Source: Candidatus Heimdallarchaeota archaeon
GTDB lineage: Archaea > Asgardarchaeota > Heimdallarchaeia > Heimdallarchaeales > Heimdallarchaeaceae
Reading direction: 5' to 3'
DNA: 44,648 nucleotides
NCBI GenBank assembly: GCA_030668825.1
Contig: DAOVET010000012.1
Span: 1-44,648, forward strand
Part shown: positions 19,028 to 28,738 of the stretch, piece by piece
How positions within the stretch are numbered: the stretch's first letter is position 1
Layout of the letters: the number at the start of each line of letters is the position of its first letter
Notes under the pieces: generated by a model
Databases searched by the model: none
What the model was told of the DNA's origin: nothing
What the model saw: the letters and a program-made list of their open reading frames with translations, nothing else
Made by a program: the position numbers and the translations under genes

Positions 19028-20929
19028 GTGAAAACCAAATTAGTTGCTGTAATCATTTCTTCAATAATTGTTGTTGCTGCTTCAACTACACTTCTAGTTA
19101 TTTTTATCCCTAAAAAAGCTCCACATTCTGAGTTATTTCAATGGGATTATCCTGCTAATAGCACTTTTTCTGATCATTATGCTAAAATTACTTATATGAT
19201 TCCTATGAGAGCTGGAATTAGGTTAGCTACTGATGTTTACTTACCTCTTTACATTAACGAATCTAAACCTGTAATTTTTGCTAGAACCCCGTATAATAAA
19301 AACGCACTTAGTTCACTTGCTTATTATGCAGAAACAGGTATAATTGTCGTTTTGCAGGATTTTCGAGGATTCTATGCTTCTGAAGGAGATTTAACTTTAC
19401 CCTTTATCTTTGAGCAATCAGATGGTCACGACACTCTTAATTGGATTACTGATCAACCTTGGTGTAATGGTAAAATCGGTACTTGGGGTTTATCAGCTTT
19501 AGGTATAGCTCAATATCTTTTGGCAACTGATGCACCAGAATCTTTAGTTTGCCAATTCCCTATTGTTGCAACACCAAATGTTTACTCAACAGCTTTTACA
19601 GGAGGTCAATTGAGAAATGAGCTTATTATCCCTTGGATAGAAGCTAATGGTTTTCCTGAATCAACTTTCGATTTACTACAAACGAATGAAAAGTATGGTG
19701 AGATATGGAAACAAGTGAATATTGAAAATAATTATTCAGACATTAACGCAGCTTCAATTCACATGGGAGGTTGGTATGATATCTTCTCTCAAAATACAAT
19801 TGATGCATTTACTGGTTATCAAACTGAAGGAGGAGTTGGTGCAGTTGGTAATGCTAAACTGATCATGGGTCCATGGGTTCACGCTGGAATGTTTGGAGTT
19901 ACAACTGGAGATATATTCTTTCCTCATCAAGATCCTGGAATAGTTATTAAGGCAACTGATGCTGTTTTTGAAAAATGGTTATTAGATAATTCTACTATCT
20001 GGGACATGTTACCTCCTGTTATGTTTTATCTCATGAGTTCCTTGGAGTATAATCCAAGCCATCTTGCTAATAACTGGTATCAAGCATCATCTTGGCCAAT
20101 TTGGTCTATACCATCTGATCTCTATATGTATTCAAACCTAAGTTTGATTCCACCACCATACATTCCTGCTACAAGTTTTCCAACATCAAGTGAATCAACT
20201 GCTGACAGTTTGTGGTATTTGTATGATCCAAATGATCCAATTCAAACTCTAGGAGGAGGAAATTTAGTTATTCCAGCAGGGATTTTCGATCAACAAGCTT
20301 TAGATGCTAGAGAGGATATTTTGAGATTTACTACACCTACATTTACACAACCGGAAGCTGTTGTAGGACAAGTTGAAGTTACTCTTTATTTTAGTTCAAA
20401 TTGTACAGATACTGATTTTACTGTCAAACTAATTGATGTCTATCCAGACAATAGATCTATGATAATTACCGATACAATCATTAGAGCCAGAAATAGAAAT
20501 AGTCTTTCTGACTGGGACTTTCTTACACCAGGTTCTATTTATGAAATAAATTTGAAACTTGATAGTACAGCTTATTTATTTAATGAAGGTCACAAATTAC
20601 GTGTAGACATATCTAGTTCTAACTATCCAAGATTTGAGCCAAATCCAAATACTGGAGATCCTTTATGGGGAAATTCAACAACCTCTGTTGCTAATAATAC
20701 TATATACACAAATGGTTCCAAGGTTACTCTTCCATTAACTAATTATAATTCCTTAGTTCCTTTCTCGTTTGATTTCACATCTTCATTATCTCTTCAATTT
20801 ACAGAGATAATTAGAGAAAAGAGAGAAACTGTTGTTTTCTTTATTAGGCTTCCAGCTATGATGATTGCATTATCTCCAAAAAGGAAAAAATGGGATTCTA
20901 AGCTAACCCACTGCTCTCTTCCCCATTAA
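19028..20929 (+). CDS. CocE/NonD-family serine hydrolase (peptidase S15-like), membrane anchored
   Basis: IPMR.G.RLATDVYLP, RTPY, QDFRG..ASEG, GLSALG nucleophile elbow, GGWYD, GPWVH, SSSNYPRF. Confidence 0.92.
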   Translation: MKTKLVAVIISSIIVVAASTTLLVIFIPKKAPHSELFQWDYPANSTFSDHYAKITYMIPMRAGIRLATDVYLPLYINESKPVIFARTPYNKNALSSLAYYAETGIIVVLQDFRGFYASEGDLTLPFIFEQSDGHDTLNWITDQPWCNGKIGTWGLSALGIAQYLLATDAPESLVCQFPIVATPNVYSTAFTGGQLRNELIIPWIEANGFPESTFDLLQTNEKYGEIWKQVNIENNYSDINAASIHMGGWYDIFSQNTIDAFTGYQTEGGVGAVGNAKLIMGPWVHAGMFGVTTGDIFFPHQDPGIVIKATDAVFEKWLLDNSTIWDMLPPVMFYLMSSLEYNPSHLANNWYQASSWPIWSIPSDLYMYSNLSLIPPPYIPATSFPTSSESTADSLWYLYDPNDPIQTLGGGNLVIPAGIFDQQALDAREDILRFTTPTFTQPEAVVGQVEVTLYFSSNCTDTDFTVKLIDVYPDNRSMIITDTIIRARNRNSLSDWDFLTPGSIYEINLKLDSTAYLFNEGHKLRVDISSSNYPRFEPNPNTGDPLWGNSTTSVANNTIYTNGSKVTLPLTNYNSLVPFSFDFTSSLSLQFTEIIREKRETVVFFIRLPAMMIALSPKRKKWDSKLTHCSLPH

Positions 20930-21048
20930 GTTTAATTTGTATTTTCTTGCAATATCAGGAGGAATTACACTTCCTTCAGAATCTTTTTTTTCCATTTTCG
21001 CAGATAAAACTAGTCAAAACATATATAAAAAACATTTTTACTAAAAGA

Positions 21049-22110
21049 ATGAAAACATTGAACACTAAAGATCCCCGAATTAGACAATCATATCTTTTCA
21101 AGAGAATGAATGGTGATACTGTTCAGTGTTTAACATGCCGAAGAATGTGTGTTATTAAAAATGGAGAAAGGGGGAAATGTAAAACAAGGCAAAATTTCGA
21201 AGGAAAACTCTACACCATTCAATACGGGGATATTTCTAGTTATAGTCTTAATCCTATCGAAAAAAAACCAGCCTATCATTATTTTCCCGGGTCAACTGCT
21301 TTAACCTTGGGTTCTTGGGGATGCAATTTTAATTGTGATTGGTGTATAAATTGGGATATTACTACGAATCCTCGACCGGAAAAATATACTGATGCAAGTC
21401 TTATGACTCCAGAAAAAGTTGTTGAAAATGCTAGATTTAACCCCTCCATAAATGGAGTTTGTTTCTCGTTTAACGAGCCAACACTTTCTCTTGAATTTGC
21501 TGTGGATGTTTTCCAGTTACTTCCTAATGACTATTACAAAATGTTTGTTTCTAATGGATATATGACAGGAGAAGCTCTCGATTATCTCATTTCTGCAGGT
21601 ATGAATGGTTTAACTGTAAGTTTCAAAGGAACAGAAAATGTTGCTGATTGCTTATTAGATATAAAACTCAAATATGTTTGGGAAAATCTCCAGATGGCTT
21701 ATCAAAGAAGTATTCACATCGAACTTGTTTATTTGGTTATTCCAACAATAAATGATGACGAAGAATTCATTAGAGATTTCTCCCAGAAAGTTATCAAAAA
21801 CCTCTCAGCTAACACCCCCGTACATTTCATTAGATACTTTCCTTCCCACTTAACTCAAATTCCTAAAACGTCTATATCGCAACTTCAAAAAGCACACACT
21901 ATTGCAAAAGATGAAGGATTAAATTTCGTTTATTTGGGGAATATCCCTGGTCATCCTTTCCAGAGCACATACTGTCCAAATTGCTCAGAATTACTGATAA
22001 AGAGGAATGTGTTTTCTGTTATTTTCAACAACCTAACAGAAACTAGTAAATGCCCAAAATGTAACCAAGTAATTCCAATATACCCACACAAGCCTGTATA
22101 TTTGACCTAG
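21049..22110 (+). CDS. amrS: AmmeMemoRadiSam-type radical SAM enzyme
   Basis: N-terminal CLTCRRMC, PIEKKP.YH, CNFNCDWC, NEP, VYLGN, C-terminal CPNC/CPKC. Likely start is ATG 21049. Confidence 0.85.
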   Translation: MKTLNTKDPRIRQSYLFKRMNGDTVQCLTCRRMCVIKNGERGKCKTRQNFEGKLYTIQYGDISSYSLNPIEKKPAYHYFPGSTALTLGSWGCNFNCDWCINWDITTNPRPEKYTDASLMTPEKVVENARFNPSINGVCFSFNEPTLSLEFAVDVFQLLPNDYYKMFVSNGYMTGEALDYLISAGMNGLTVSFKGTENVADCLLDIKLKYVWENLQMAYQRSIHIELVYLVIPTINDDEEFIRDFSQKVIKNLSANTPVHFIRYFPSHLTQIPKTSISQLQKAHTIAKDEGLNFVYLGNIPGHPFQSTYCPNCSELLIKRNVFSVIFNNLTETSKCPKCNQVIPIYPHKPVYLT

Positions 22111-22176
22111 GTTTTTTAAAGAGGATTTGTTGCCAAATAGAACAACACTCAAATATTTTTCTTTTATTATACTCTT

Positions 22177-23532
22177 ATGGAACTTGCTGTAGAAGGAAGA
22201 GTAGCAATTTATTTTGACAATGATTTTAATCTTAAATTCGTTAAAAATCCCCTTCTGATTATAGAAGAGGACAGAATAATAGAAATAGGAACCTATGATG
22301 AAACAAAACGTAACCTCTCTGGACATGATGTAGTAGGGGATAAAAATCAACTTATAATCCCTGGTTTAATTAATAGCCACACACATTTAGCAATGACTGT
22401 ATTTAGAGGGATTGCAGATGATCTTCCATTAAAAACTTGGTTAGAAGAGACAATTTGGCCTTTGGAAGCTAAGCTTACTGAGGAAGATGTCTATCAAGGA
22501 GCTCTTCTAGGAAGCATGGAATCAATTCTCAGTGGAGTTACAACAGTTAATTCAATGTACTGGTATCCAGAATTTGAAGCAAAAGCAATCAGTGACATTG
22601 GGTTGAAAGGTATCATAGCTGCACCTGTTATCACAGGGATAACAACTTTAGATGACGCCATAGAAATTGTTAAGGAGCATCACAATTCGTTAGATGAAAC
22701 GATCAGAGTATCCTTATCCTTGCACTCTCCATATACAGTTAGCATTTCAGATTTCAAAGCTGCTCACCAGTTCATGAAAGATTATAATTCTAAAAATACA
22801 GAAATTCCTGAAGTTCTTATTCACACTCATCTTGCTGAATCAGAAACTGAAATAAAGGATAGCAAGAAGTTCAATAAAAAATTTGATTTGCCTTTTCCTG
22901 ATGTAAAAACACCTGTTCAATTTCTAGATGAAATAGGCATTCTAGATGAAAATCTAATTGCAGCACATTGTATCCATGTCAATAACAAGGATATCAAATT
23001 ATTAAAAGAAAAAGGAACAAAAATATCGCTAAATCCTCTTTCCAATGCAAAACTTGGTAATTACATGCCTCCGATTCCAGAGATTATTAAGTCAACAGAA
23101 TTAGTAGGTTTGGGAACAGATGGTCCTTCTAGCAATAATACATTAGATCTTTTTGATACTATTAGGTTCCTAGCTGTTTACTATAAAGGCCTTCATCATA
23201 ATCCTACTTTAATCAAGGCAGAAGAAGTTTTTAAATTATCTACTATTGGTGGAGCTAAAGCTCTAGGATGGGAAGGGACTGGAACTTTAGAAAAGAACTC
23301 CTTTGCAGATATTGTTACAATCAATCTTAAGAAACCACATTTAACTCCAAATTTTGATGATAAATATCTTCTTAATCATTTTGCCTATTCCATGAAAGGT
23401 AATGATGTAACTAATGTTATAAGTAATGGTAAAATAATTTTGGAAAATTCAACACTTCTCAATCGAGATATTGATATTACTCTGGAAGAAATAGAAAAGA
23501 TAACTTATCGATTAGTTTCTACAAAAGAATGA
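22177..23532 (+). CDS. mtaD: Amidohydrolase, MTA/SAH/5'-deoxyadenosine deaminase-like
   Basis: PGLINSHTH, FRGIADD, HSPYT, HTHLAE, AAHC, LGTDGPSSNN. Confidence 0.8.
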   Translation: MELAVEGRVAIYFDNDFNLKFVKNPLLIIEEDRIIEIGTYDETKRNLSGHDVVGDKNQLIIPGLINSHTHLAMTVFRGIADDLPLKTWLEETIWPLEAKLTEEDVYQGALLGSMESILSGVTTVNSMYWYPEFEAKAISDIGLKGIIAAPVITGITTLDDAIEIVKEHHNSLDETIRVSLSLHSPYTVSISDFKAAHQFMKDYNSKNTEIPEVLIHTHLAESETEIKDSKKFNKKFDLPFPDVKTPVQFLDEIGILDENLIAAHCIHVNNKDIKLLKEKGTKISLNPLSNAKLGNYMPPIPEIIKSTELVGLGTDGPSSNNTLDLFDTIRFLAVYYKGLHHNPTLIKAEEVFKLSTIGGAKALGWEGTGTLEKNSFADIVTINLKKPHLTPNFDDKYLLNHFAYSMKGNDVTNVISNGKIILENSTLLNRDIDITLEEIEKITYRLVSTKE

Positions 23533-24413
23533 GAATGACGTAAACTCAGCACTACTATTCCACTTAAAGTTACACAAATAGAAATACCAAGAAAAGTTTG
23601 TTGTAATGTTGAAAGTAAACTCCATTCTCCTAGAAGTATCCCCCCAAAGAAAATTGGAAATACTGTCATTACTCCATTATATATAGCCATAATATTAGAA
23701 ACATTACCTTCCCTAAATGCAAATTGGAGACTTCCTGTAGACAGAAGAGCCGTTAGAAGAAATCCAACAAGATAGAATATAGCTATAAATAGATCGATAT
23801 TCCAAGCAGTTTCTGAGGTCCAAATTGTGATTCCTTTTATAACTATGGCTTGAATTCCAGCTATTATTCCAGCAAATATTGCAATATCAAATGGTTGAAT
23901 CTTTCTTTTGAAGATAGCAGGAACAAAAGTAAAAGAAATTGCAACAATAAGACTGCCAACTATCATTATTGTACTCCCCCAAGAATGTGAAGAAATTTTC
24001 CATTGGTTCCAAGTTATAGATGAATCACCAAAACTTGTTAGATATGAAGAAACTGTGATTCCTACTAGAATCAAGAAAATACCAATCAATTCAGTTTTTC
24101 TTATTGATTCTTTTAGATCTAAATGTGCATATATGACCAATATGATAATACCGAAACCCGACAAGGGAGCAATTGCACTTAAGGGAGCCCACAGAAGTGC
24201 AACATAGTAAAAGCCAATACTTATTATTGTTAGGAATGCTCCAAAAAGCCACAATTTACTAGTTATAATTGATTTTAACATTGTTTTTGTTGATTTTTTG
24301 ATTTCCTCTGACATCTTGTTGATTGCTTTCTTCTCCAGAGCAAATCCCATGTTATATAATGCAAAAGAAGCTAATCCTGACAATAATGAAATTATGAAGA
24401 GGAAATTTACCAT
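23505..24413 (-). CDS. DMT-superfamily membrane transporter (NIPA-like)
   Basis: About 9 TM helices; ALLWAPLSAIAPL and LKE motifs. Confidence 0.75.
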   Translation of the reverse strand: MVNFLFIISLLSGLASFALYNMGFALEKKAINKMSEEIKKSTKTMLKSIITSKLWLFGAFLTIISIGFYYVALLWAPLSAIAPLSGFGIIILVIYAHLDLKESIRKTELIGIFLILVGITVSSYLTSFGDSSITWNQWKISSHSWGSTIMIVGSLIVAISFTFVPAIFKRKIQPFDIAIFAGIIAGIQAIVIKGITIWTSETAWNIDLFIAIFYLVGFLLTALLSTGSLQFAFREGNVSNIMAIYNGVMTVFPIFFGGILLGEWSLLSTLQQTFLGISICVTLSGIVVLSLRHSHSFVETNR

Positions 24414-24505
24414 TTTATCTTGATATCATGAAGCCTTTTTAGATTTTGCTCTAAATCCTCAAGAATTTGAAAAAACTTAAAACTAACCTAGCTAACGCAA
24501 ATACA

Positions 24506-25240
24506 ATGTCTGAAAAAGAACCATTCATGATTCTAGCTCCAGGTTTTAGTAATTATAAGAGAACCTATCCTACGTATGAAGAAAGGTATGGAAAAGACAA
24601 TTTTGCATATACAACTAATTACAAGAGATACTCAATAGATGATCATCTAGAAGAGATAGAATCCCTAATCCCCGAAAACAAACCGTTTATGATTGCTGGA
24701 TATAGTATGGGTGGTTGTAATATTATTGAGCTTCTCAGTAGAAGAGCACTTACAAACTGCAAAGGGGTTGTTCTTATTGGGGCAGCTCGAATTTTGACAC
24801 CACATTGGTTTCTTAATTACTTATTCAGGCTTCCTGTTCCATTAATCTACTTCTTAGCAATCTTCATTGCGTTATTATTTCCTTTCAATTTCATAGTGAG
24901 TGGATTTAATCTTAAAAAAGCAATACCTGCATCATTTGAAGGCTTAGTGAGATTAATTGAAAATGGTGCAGGAAAAATGAAAAAAGAATACAATGGATGT
25001 GTTCGTAAAGTTGGGAGAAATGTAGAAGACATTCTAGAAGAAAACAGAAAAATTCCTCTTCTTATCATTAGGATTCAGGAAGATATGATGACTGATGAAG
25101 AAGATCTAGCTACAGTACGAACATTCTTTACAAAATCAAAGGAAAGAATTTTACCTGAAAATATAATTCATCTTACACACAAATACGATAGCTTATACAT
25201 CGAGATTATAGATGAGGAAAAGGATTTCTTTGGTCTATAG
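24506..25240 (+). CDS. Alpha/beta hydrolase
   Basis: PGFS oxyanion loop, GYSMGG nucleophile elbow, late Asp and His. ATG 24506 is the likely start. Confidence 0.75.
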   Translation: MSEKEPFMILAPGFSNYKRTYPTYEERYGKDNFAYTTNYKRYSIDDHLEEIESLIPENKPFMIAGYSMGGCNIIELLSRRALTNCKGVVLIGAARILTPHWFLNYLFRLPVPLIYFLAIFIALLFPFNFIVSGFNLKKAIPASFEGLVRLIENGAGKMKKEYNGCVRKVGRNVEDILEENRKIPLLIIRIQEDMMTDEEDLATVRTFFTKSKERILPENIIHLTHKYDSLYIEIIDEEKDFFGL

Positions 25241-25299
25241 TTTTTGTTCTTTAAAAGGTATAGAAACAACTTTTTAAAGGCATTTCCAACTGAAGCTTT

Positions 25300-26205
25300 G
25301 TGTATTCCGAAGAATTTCAAGACCAAATTGCGAATTTGAAAGCTGATAAAATCAGTGGATCTGAAGAAATAGTCCGTAAAGCTGTTCTTCTTATTAGAAC
25401 TGAGATTCAAATAGATCCAGCTAGATTTGGTAAAATAATTGACCTTTCAGAAATGCTTCGTAAGGTTATAGATATCAAAAAAGAAATGTCTGCTCTTCGA
25501 AATGTTCTGATTTATTTCATGGATTTCTTTCAACATGGTGTAGCTGTTGAGGATTTAGCAGATAGAGTAATTGAAAAGATGGATGAACAAAGAAACCAGC
25601 TAGTGGATAAACTAGTACCCATAATTTCTAAGTGTAAAAATATCGTGACTATGTCAAGATCAAGTACATTTTTCTGTGCACTCAAGAAACTAAGTGAAAC
25701 AAAAGACCCAGATAAACTTCCAGAGTTAACAATTTTTGAATCAAGACCTGCGCTAGAAGGTAAAAAATTAGCCTTGGAAGTAGTTAATCTTGGGTATAAA
25801 GTTAATTACCTTGTAGATGCAGCTGTTGGAAGAGCAATTAAAGCCCTGAATCCAGATTTGGTACTTATAGGTGCAGATACAATTTTTCCTAATGGAAATG
25901 TTGTAAATAAAATAGGTTGTCATGCTTTAGCCATTTTTGCTTCTCAAGCTAGGATTCCTTTTTATGTCGCGAGCACTACCCTAAAACTACTCTTGAAGTC
26001 TATTCCCTTTACTATACTGAGCTATCCACCCACCGAGGTTTGGGAGAAAGATAGACCAAAGGAAGTTAAAGTTTACAATCCTTATTTTGAGATAATACCA
26101 GCTAACTTGATTTCTGGTTTCAGCACAGAATATGGTTTCAGCACAAATATACCTGATGTAAGATTAGTACTTGAAGAAGAATATATTAGAGAAATGTATG
26201 AATGA
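25300..26205 (+). CDS. eIF-2B alpha/beta/delta-family protein (aIF-2B-like)
   Basis: ESRPALEG, LVDAA, LIGADTI..NG.VVNKIG, NPYFE. Has SGS and TMSRS in place of the isomerase RGA and THCN. Confidence 0.85.
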   Translation: MYSEEFQDQIANLKADKISGSEEIVRKAVLLIRTEIQIDPARFGKIIDLSEMLRKVIDIKKEMSALRNVLIYFMDFFQHGVAVEDLADRVIEKMDEQRNQLVDKLVPIISKCKNIVTMSRSSTFFCALKKLSETKDPDKLPELTIFESRPALEGKKLALEVVNLGYKVNYLVDAAVGRAIKALNPDLVLIGADTIFPNGNVVNKIGCHALAIFASQARIPFYVASTTLKLLLKSIPFTILSYPPTEVWEKDRPKEVKVYNPYFEIIPANLISGFSTEYGFSTNIPDVRLVLEEEYIREMYE

Positions 26206-26212
26206 GGAGGAT

Positions 26213-26944
26213 TCAACTTACTTCCCATTCAGTTGTTAACATCTGATCTTTATCTTCTGGAACAATTGGATCCACATAATAAGCTATTTTCCCAGCCCAC
26301 CTTACTTCTCCTGTTCTATAGATAGGATTAGATCGTATATTTCTCAAGGTAGATACAGGTATGTTATATTTCAGACTCAGGGTTTTTAGTGATGCAAAAG
26401 GATTATCAAACTCACCGAAAAGACGTCTAATAAGACCCATTTTACTTTCATCGGCTATTAGGCTTCCCCCCTCATCAACTGCATATCCAAATGGAGGACG
26501 AGACATAACTTTTTTATCATTTATTCTTCGTAACATACCTTTGTATCGTTTCTCTCTATATTTCTCTAACTCCATTTCACCAAAAAGATCCTTTATTCTA
26601 GCAAATGCTTTGTTATCTTCATCATCTAAACAAATGATTGATATTTCTTTTTTCTTGAGCATAACTCGAATATATCCTAGAATATCTACATCTCGTGATA
26701 AACGGTCTCTAGATTGACTCCACAACTCATCAAATTCATTTTCTTCAACCATTCGTAGAATCTCTATGAATCCTTCTCTATATTCCGGATCACTATCACC
26801 TGGAACATCCTCGTCTTTGATTATTTTGATGATCTCCCTATCTCCAGCTTGATAGATTTTTGCTGTAACGTCATCAATTTGTGTTTCTAAACCTGATTCT
26901 TGATCAGCTGTTGAGGTCCTAACATAAACAATACAACGAATCAT
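26213..26944 (-). CDS. Serine recombinase (resolvase catalytic domain plus short recombinase domain)
   Basis: YVRTST with the catalytic Ser, REGF, RDRLSR, RPPFGY, and NPIY.G. Confidence 0.9.
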   Translation of the reverse strand: MIRCIVYVRTSTADQESGLETQIDDVTAKIYQAGDREIIKIIKDEDVPGDSDPEYREGFIEILRMVEENEFDELWSQSRDRLSRDVDILGYIRVMLKKKEISIICLDDEDNKAFARIKDLFGEMELEKYREKRYKGMLRRINDKKVMSRPPFGYAVDEGGSLIADESKMGLIRRLFGEFDNPFASLKTLSLKYNIPVSTLRNIRSNPIYRTGEVRWAGKIAYYVDPIVPEDKDQMLTTEWEVS

Positions 26945-26947
26945 ATT

Positions 26948-26983
26948 AACCTTGTTGATAAGGTTGTAACCTTAACTAAAGGT
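26948..26983. promoter_or_regulatory. Putative recombinase binding/crossover (res-like) site
   Basis: Four alternating half-sites AACCTT, AAGGTT, AACCTT, AAGGT. The central perfect IR TAAGGTT-GT-AACCTTA (26959-26974) lies immediately upstream of the recombinase start. Confidence 0.6.
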
Positions 26984-27008
26984 CTGTAATCCCGAGAAAA
27001 TATCCATG

Positions 27009-27458
27009 CTACTTTTCATCAAAAACTACTTGCTCTACTAATCTTTTGTCTTGTTTCTTTGTAAGATACCTATGAATAAAATATTCTACTTGTTCTATAG
27101 CTTCATCATAGTCTAAGGATAAATCTTTCCCTGTTTCTCTTAATTCAATTAATTTTAGTCTTAACAAACCCATAGTAAGAGCAATAACTCTGTTTCCTAC
27201 ATATAGTTCATTGGCTTTTTGTCTGATTAGTGCATATGTTCCGAACAAATTGGAATATTCCATACTTAACTCGGTGAAAATCTCCTCTTCTTGTTTTCTT
27301 TTAGCATTAAGATCCTCCATATTCCAATTAATGATCTCTTCGGGGATAAAATCAAAGTAGTAGAGATAATATGCAAGGTCACTCGCAAGAATTTCTTCAT
27401 CCTCACAAGGGATTTTATCCTTAAATTTAACATTATATTGAGTTGTACCTATTTTCAT
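27009..27458 (-). CDS. Hypothetical helical protein
   Basis: 149 aa ORF coupled to the upstream gene by a TAATG stop/start overlap. Confidence 0.7.
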   Translation of the reverse strand: MKIGTTQYNVKFKDKIPCEDEEILASDLAYYLYYFDFIPEEIINWNMEDLNAKRKQEEEIFTELSMEYSNLFGTYALIRQKANELYVGNRVIALTMGLLRLKLIELRETGKDLSLDYDEAIEQVEYFIHRYLTKKQDKRLVEQVVFDEK

Positions 27459-27841
27459 TACATGCCACCCTCCTCAAAGCCTTTAACGATCTGTTCAATG
27501 TTGATGATTTTTGCATAATCTTGTTTATATTCTTTGATTGCATCCTCTAAGATTCCAACATGATTCTTTATTTTAGTAAGGTCTTCTCTTCTTTCTTTTA
27601 GTCTAGAAGTAAATTCTGCATATTTCATAATGTCTAGAAAAAAAGTTCTAAATTGCAACTCAGGATTTTCTTGTTGATTTTTCACCCAAGCTTTGTAAAT
27701 AATATGCATCACATCTCTATATCGAGCTAGTAATACTTTTTCAGGAATGTTATTCTTTTGAGCATAATTCTTAATACGCCTACTTTGAGTAATGTTAAAA
27801 GTAAGCTGCTTAATCTGTTTCATTTCCTTCAACAAAATCAT
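27458..27841 (-). CDS. Hypothetical helical/coiled-coil protein
   Basis: 127 aa ORF co-oriented between the GTPase and the recombinase. Confidence 0.7.
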   Translation of the reverse strand: MILLKEMKQIKQLTFNITQSRRIKNYAQKNNIPEKVLLARYRDVMHIIYKAWVKNQQENPELQFRTFFLDIMKYAEFTSRLKERREDLTKIKNHVGILEDAIKEYKQDYAKIINIEQIVKGFEEGGM

Positions 27842-27881
27842 ACGTTCAAAATAGATAAAGATTTAGTTAGTCTGAAGAAGC

Positions 27882-28577
27882 TCAACTATATGCCTGCATA
27901 GCAAGATAATTGAAAATGATTGTTAAGGGTAATTCATAGCAATTTGCATCCAAATTAGTGGTTTCATAGAAAACAAGTTCCCTATCAACAATTGAAGAAA
28001 AAACTATTCTCTCAGCTGTTTCTTTTCCTAAATATACCCCTTTATCTCGAAGATCAGATTTATTGATGAAAATAATAATAGGAATATTTCTATTTTTTCT
28101 AACTTCTTCCATCTGAACCATTTCTAAATAATGAACAATTTTCTCTAAAGAAGAAATATTTGTACCATCGGCCATTATAATAACAAGATCGGAGCCTTTT
28201 ATTACAATATCTTGCATAAAATCAAATCTGTCTTGCCCAGGCAAGTCATTCATAATTACTTGAAACACAGAATCGATTGATTCAAAATCAAGCGTCTCTA
28301 TCTGATCATATTTCTTCAAAATAACTTTGTTGAAACGTGTTAATATTAGTACTGAATTTACAACATTCAGTGAGATTGTTGTTGTACTAGAAGTGAAATT
28401 GTTATACTTTAAGGGAGTGAAATCTAGATTATTCCCAATTTCTCTAAATATTCTTCGTGCAACATCGTTTTTTTCAATATTACCAAAAAGTGCTTCCAAA
28501 AATGTTGTCTTTCCTGAACCAGTAGTTCCTAAGATGGTAATTTTCTTCATTACTAATGGTTCCAACAAGTTCATCAA
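27882..28577 (-). CDS. Small GTPase (MglA/Arf-like)
   Basis: G1 GTTGSGKT, G2 STTTISLN, G3 DLPGQDRFDFM, G4 NKSD, G5 ETT. Confidence 0.88.
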   Translation of the reverse strand: MMNLLEPLVMKKITILGTTGSGKTTFLEALFGNIEKNDVARRIFREIGNNLDFTPLKYNNFTSSTTTISLNVVNSVLILTRFNKVILKKYDQIETLDFESIDSVFQVIMNDLPGQDRFDFMQDIVIKGSDLVIIMADGTNISSLEKIVHYLEMVQMEEVRKNRNIPIIIFINKSDLRDKGVYLGKETAERIVFSSIVDRELVFYETTNLDANCYELPLTIIFNYLAMQAYS

Positions 28578-28738
28578 AATCCTCTCAAATTAACTATTTA
28601 TCATCCTTCTCTATATTGTTGTCATAATCTCTATTTAAAAAATCTGATAGTGCTAACCACATTAAAGAAGGACAGATTTAAATCATTCACAATCTGGATA
28701 ACCTTTTTGATAAATTGTAAATACCCTAGTTTATTCAA

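Noticed and set aside
26115-26150. 18-bp tandem duplication (GFSTEY/GFSTNI) near the end of the aIF-2B-like gene
   Set aside because: Only two in-frame copies; no evident function.
26213-26944. IS607 transposon
   Set aside because: No N-terminal MerR-type HTH and no adjacent tnpB.
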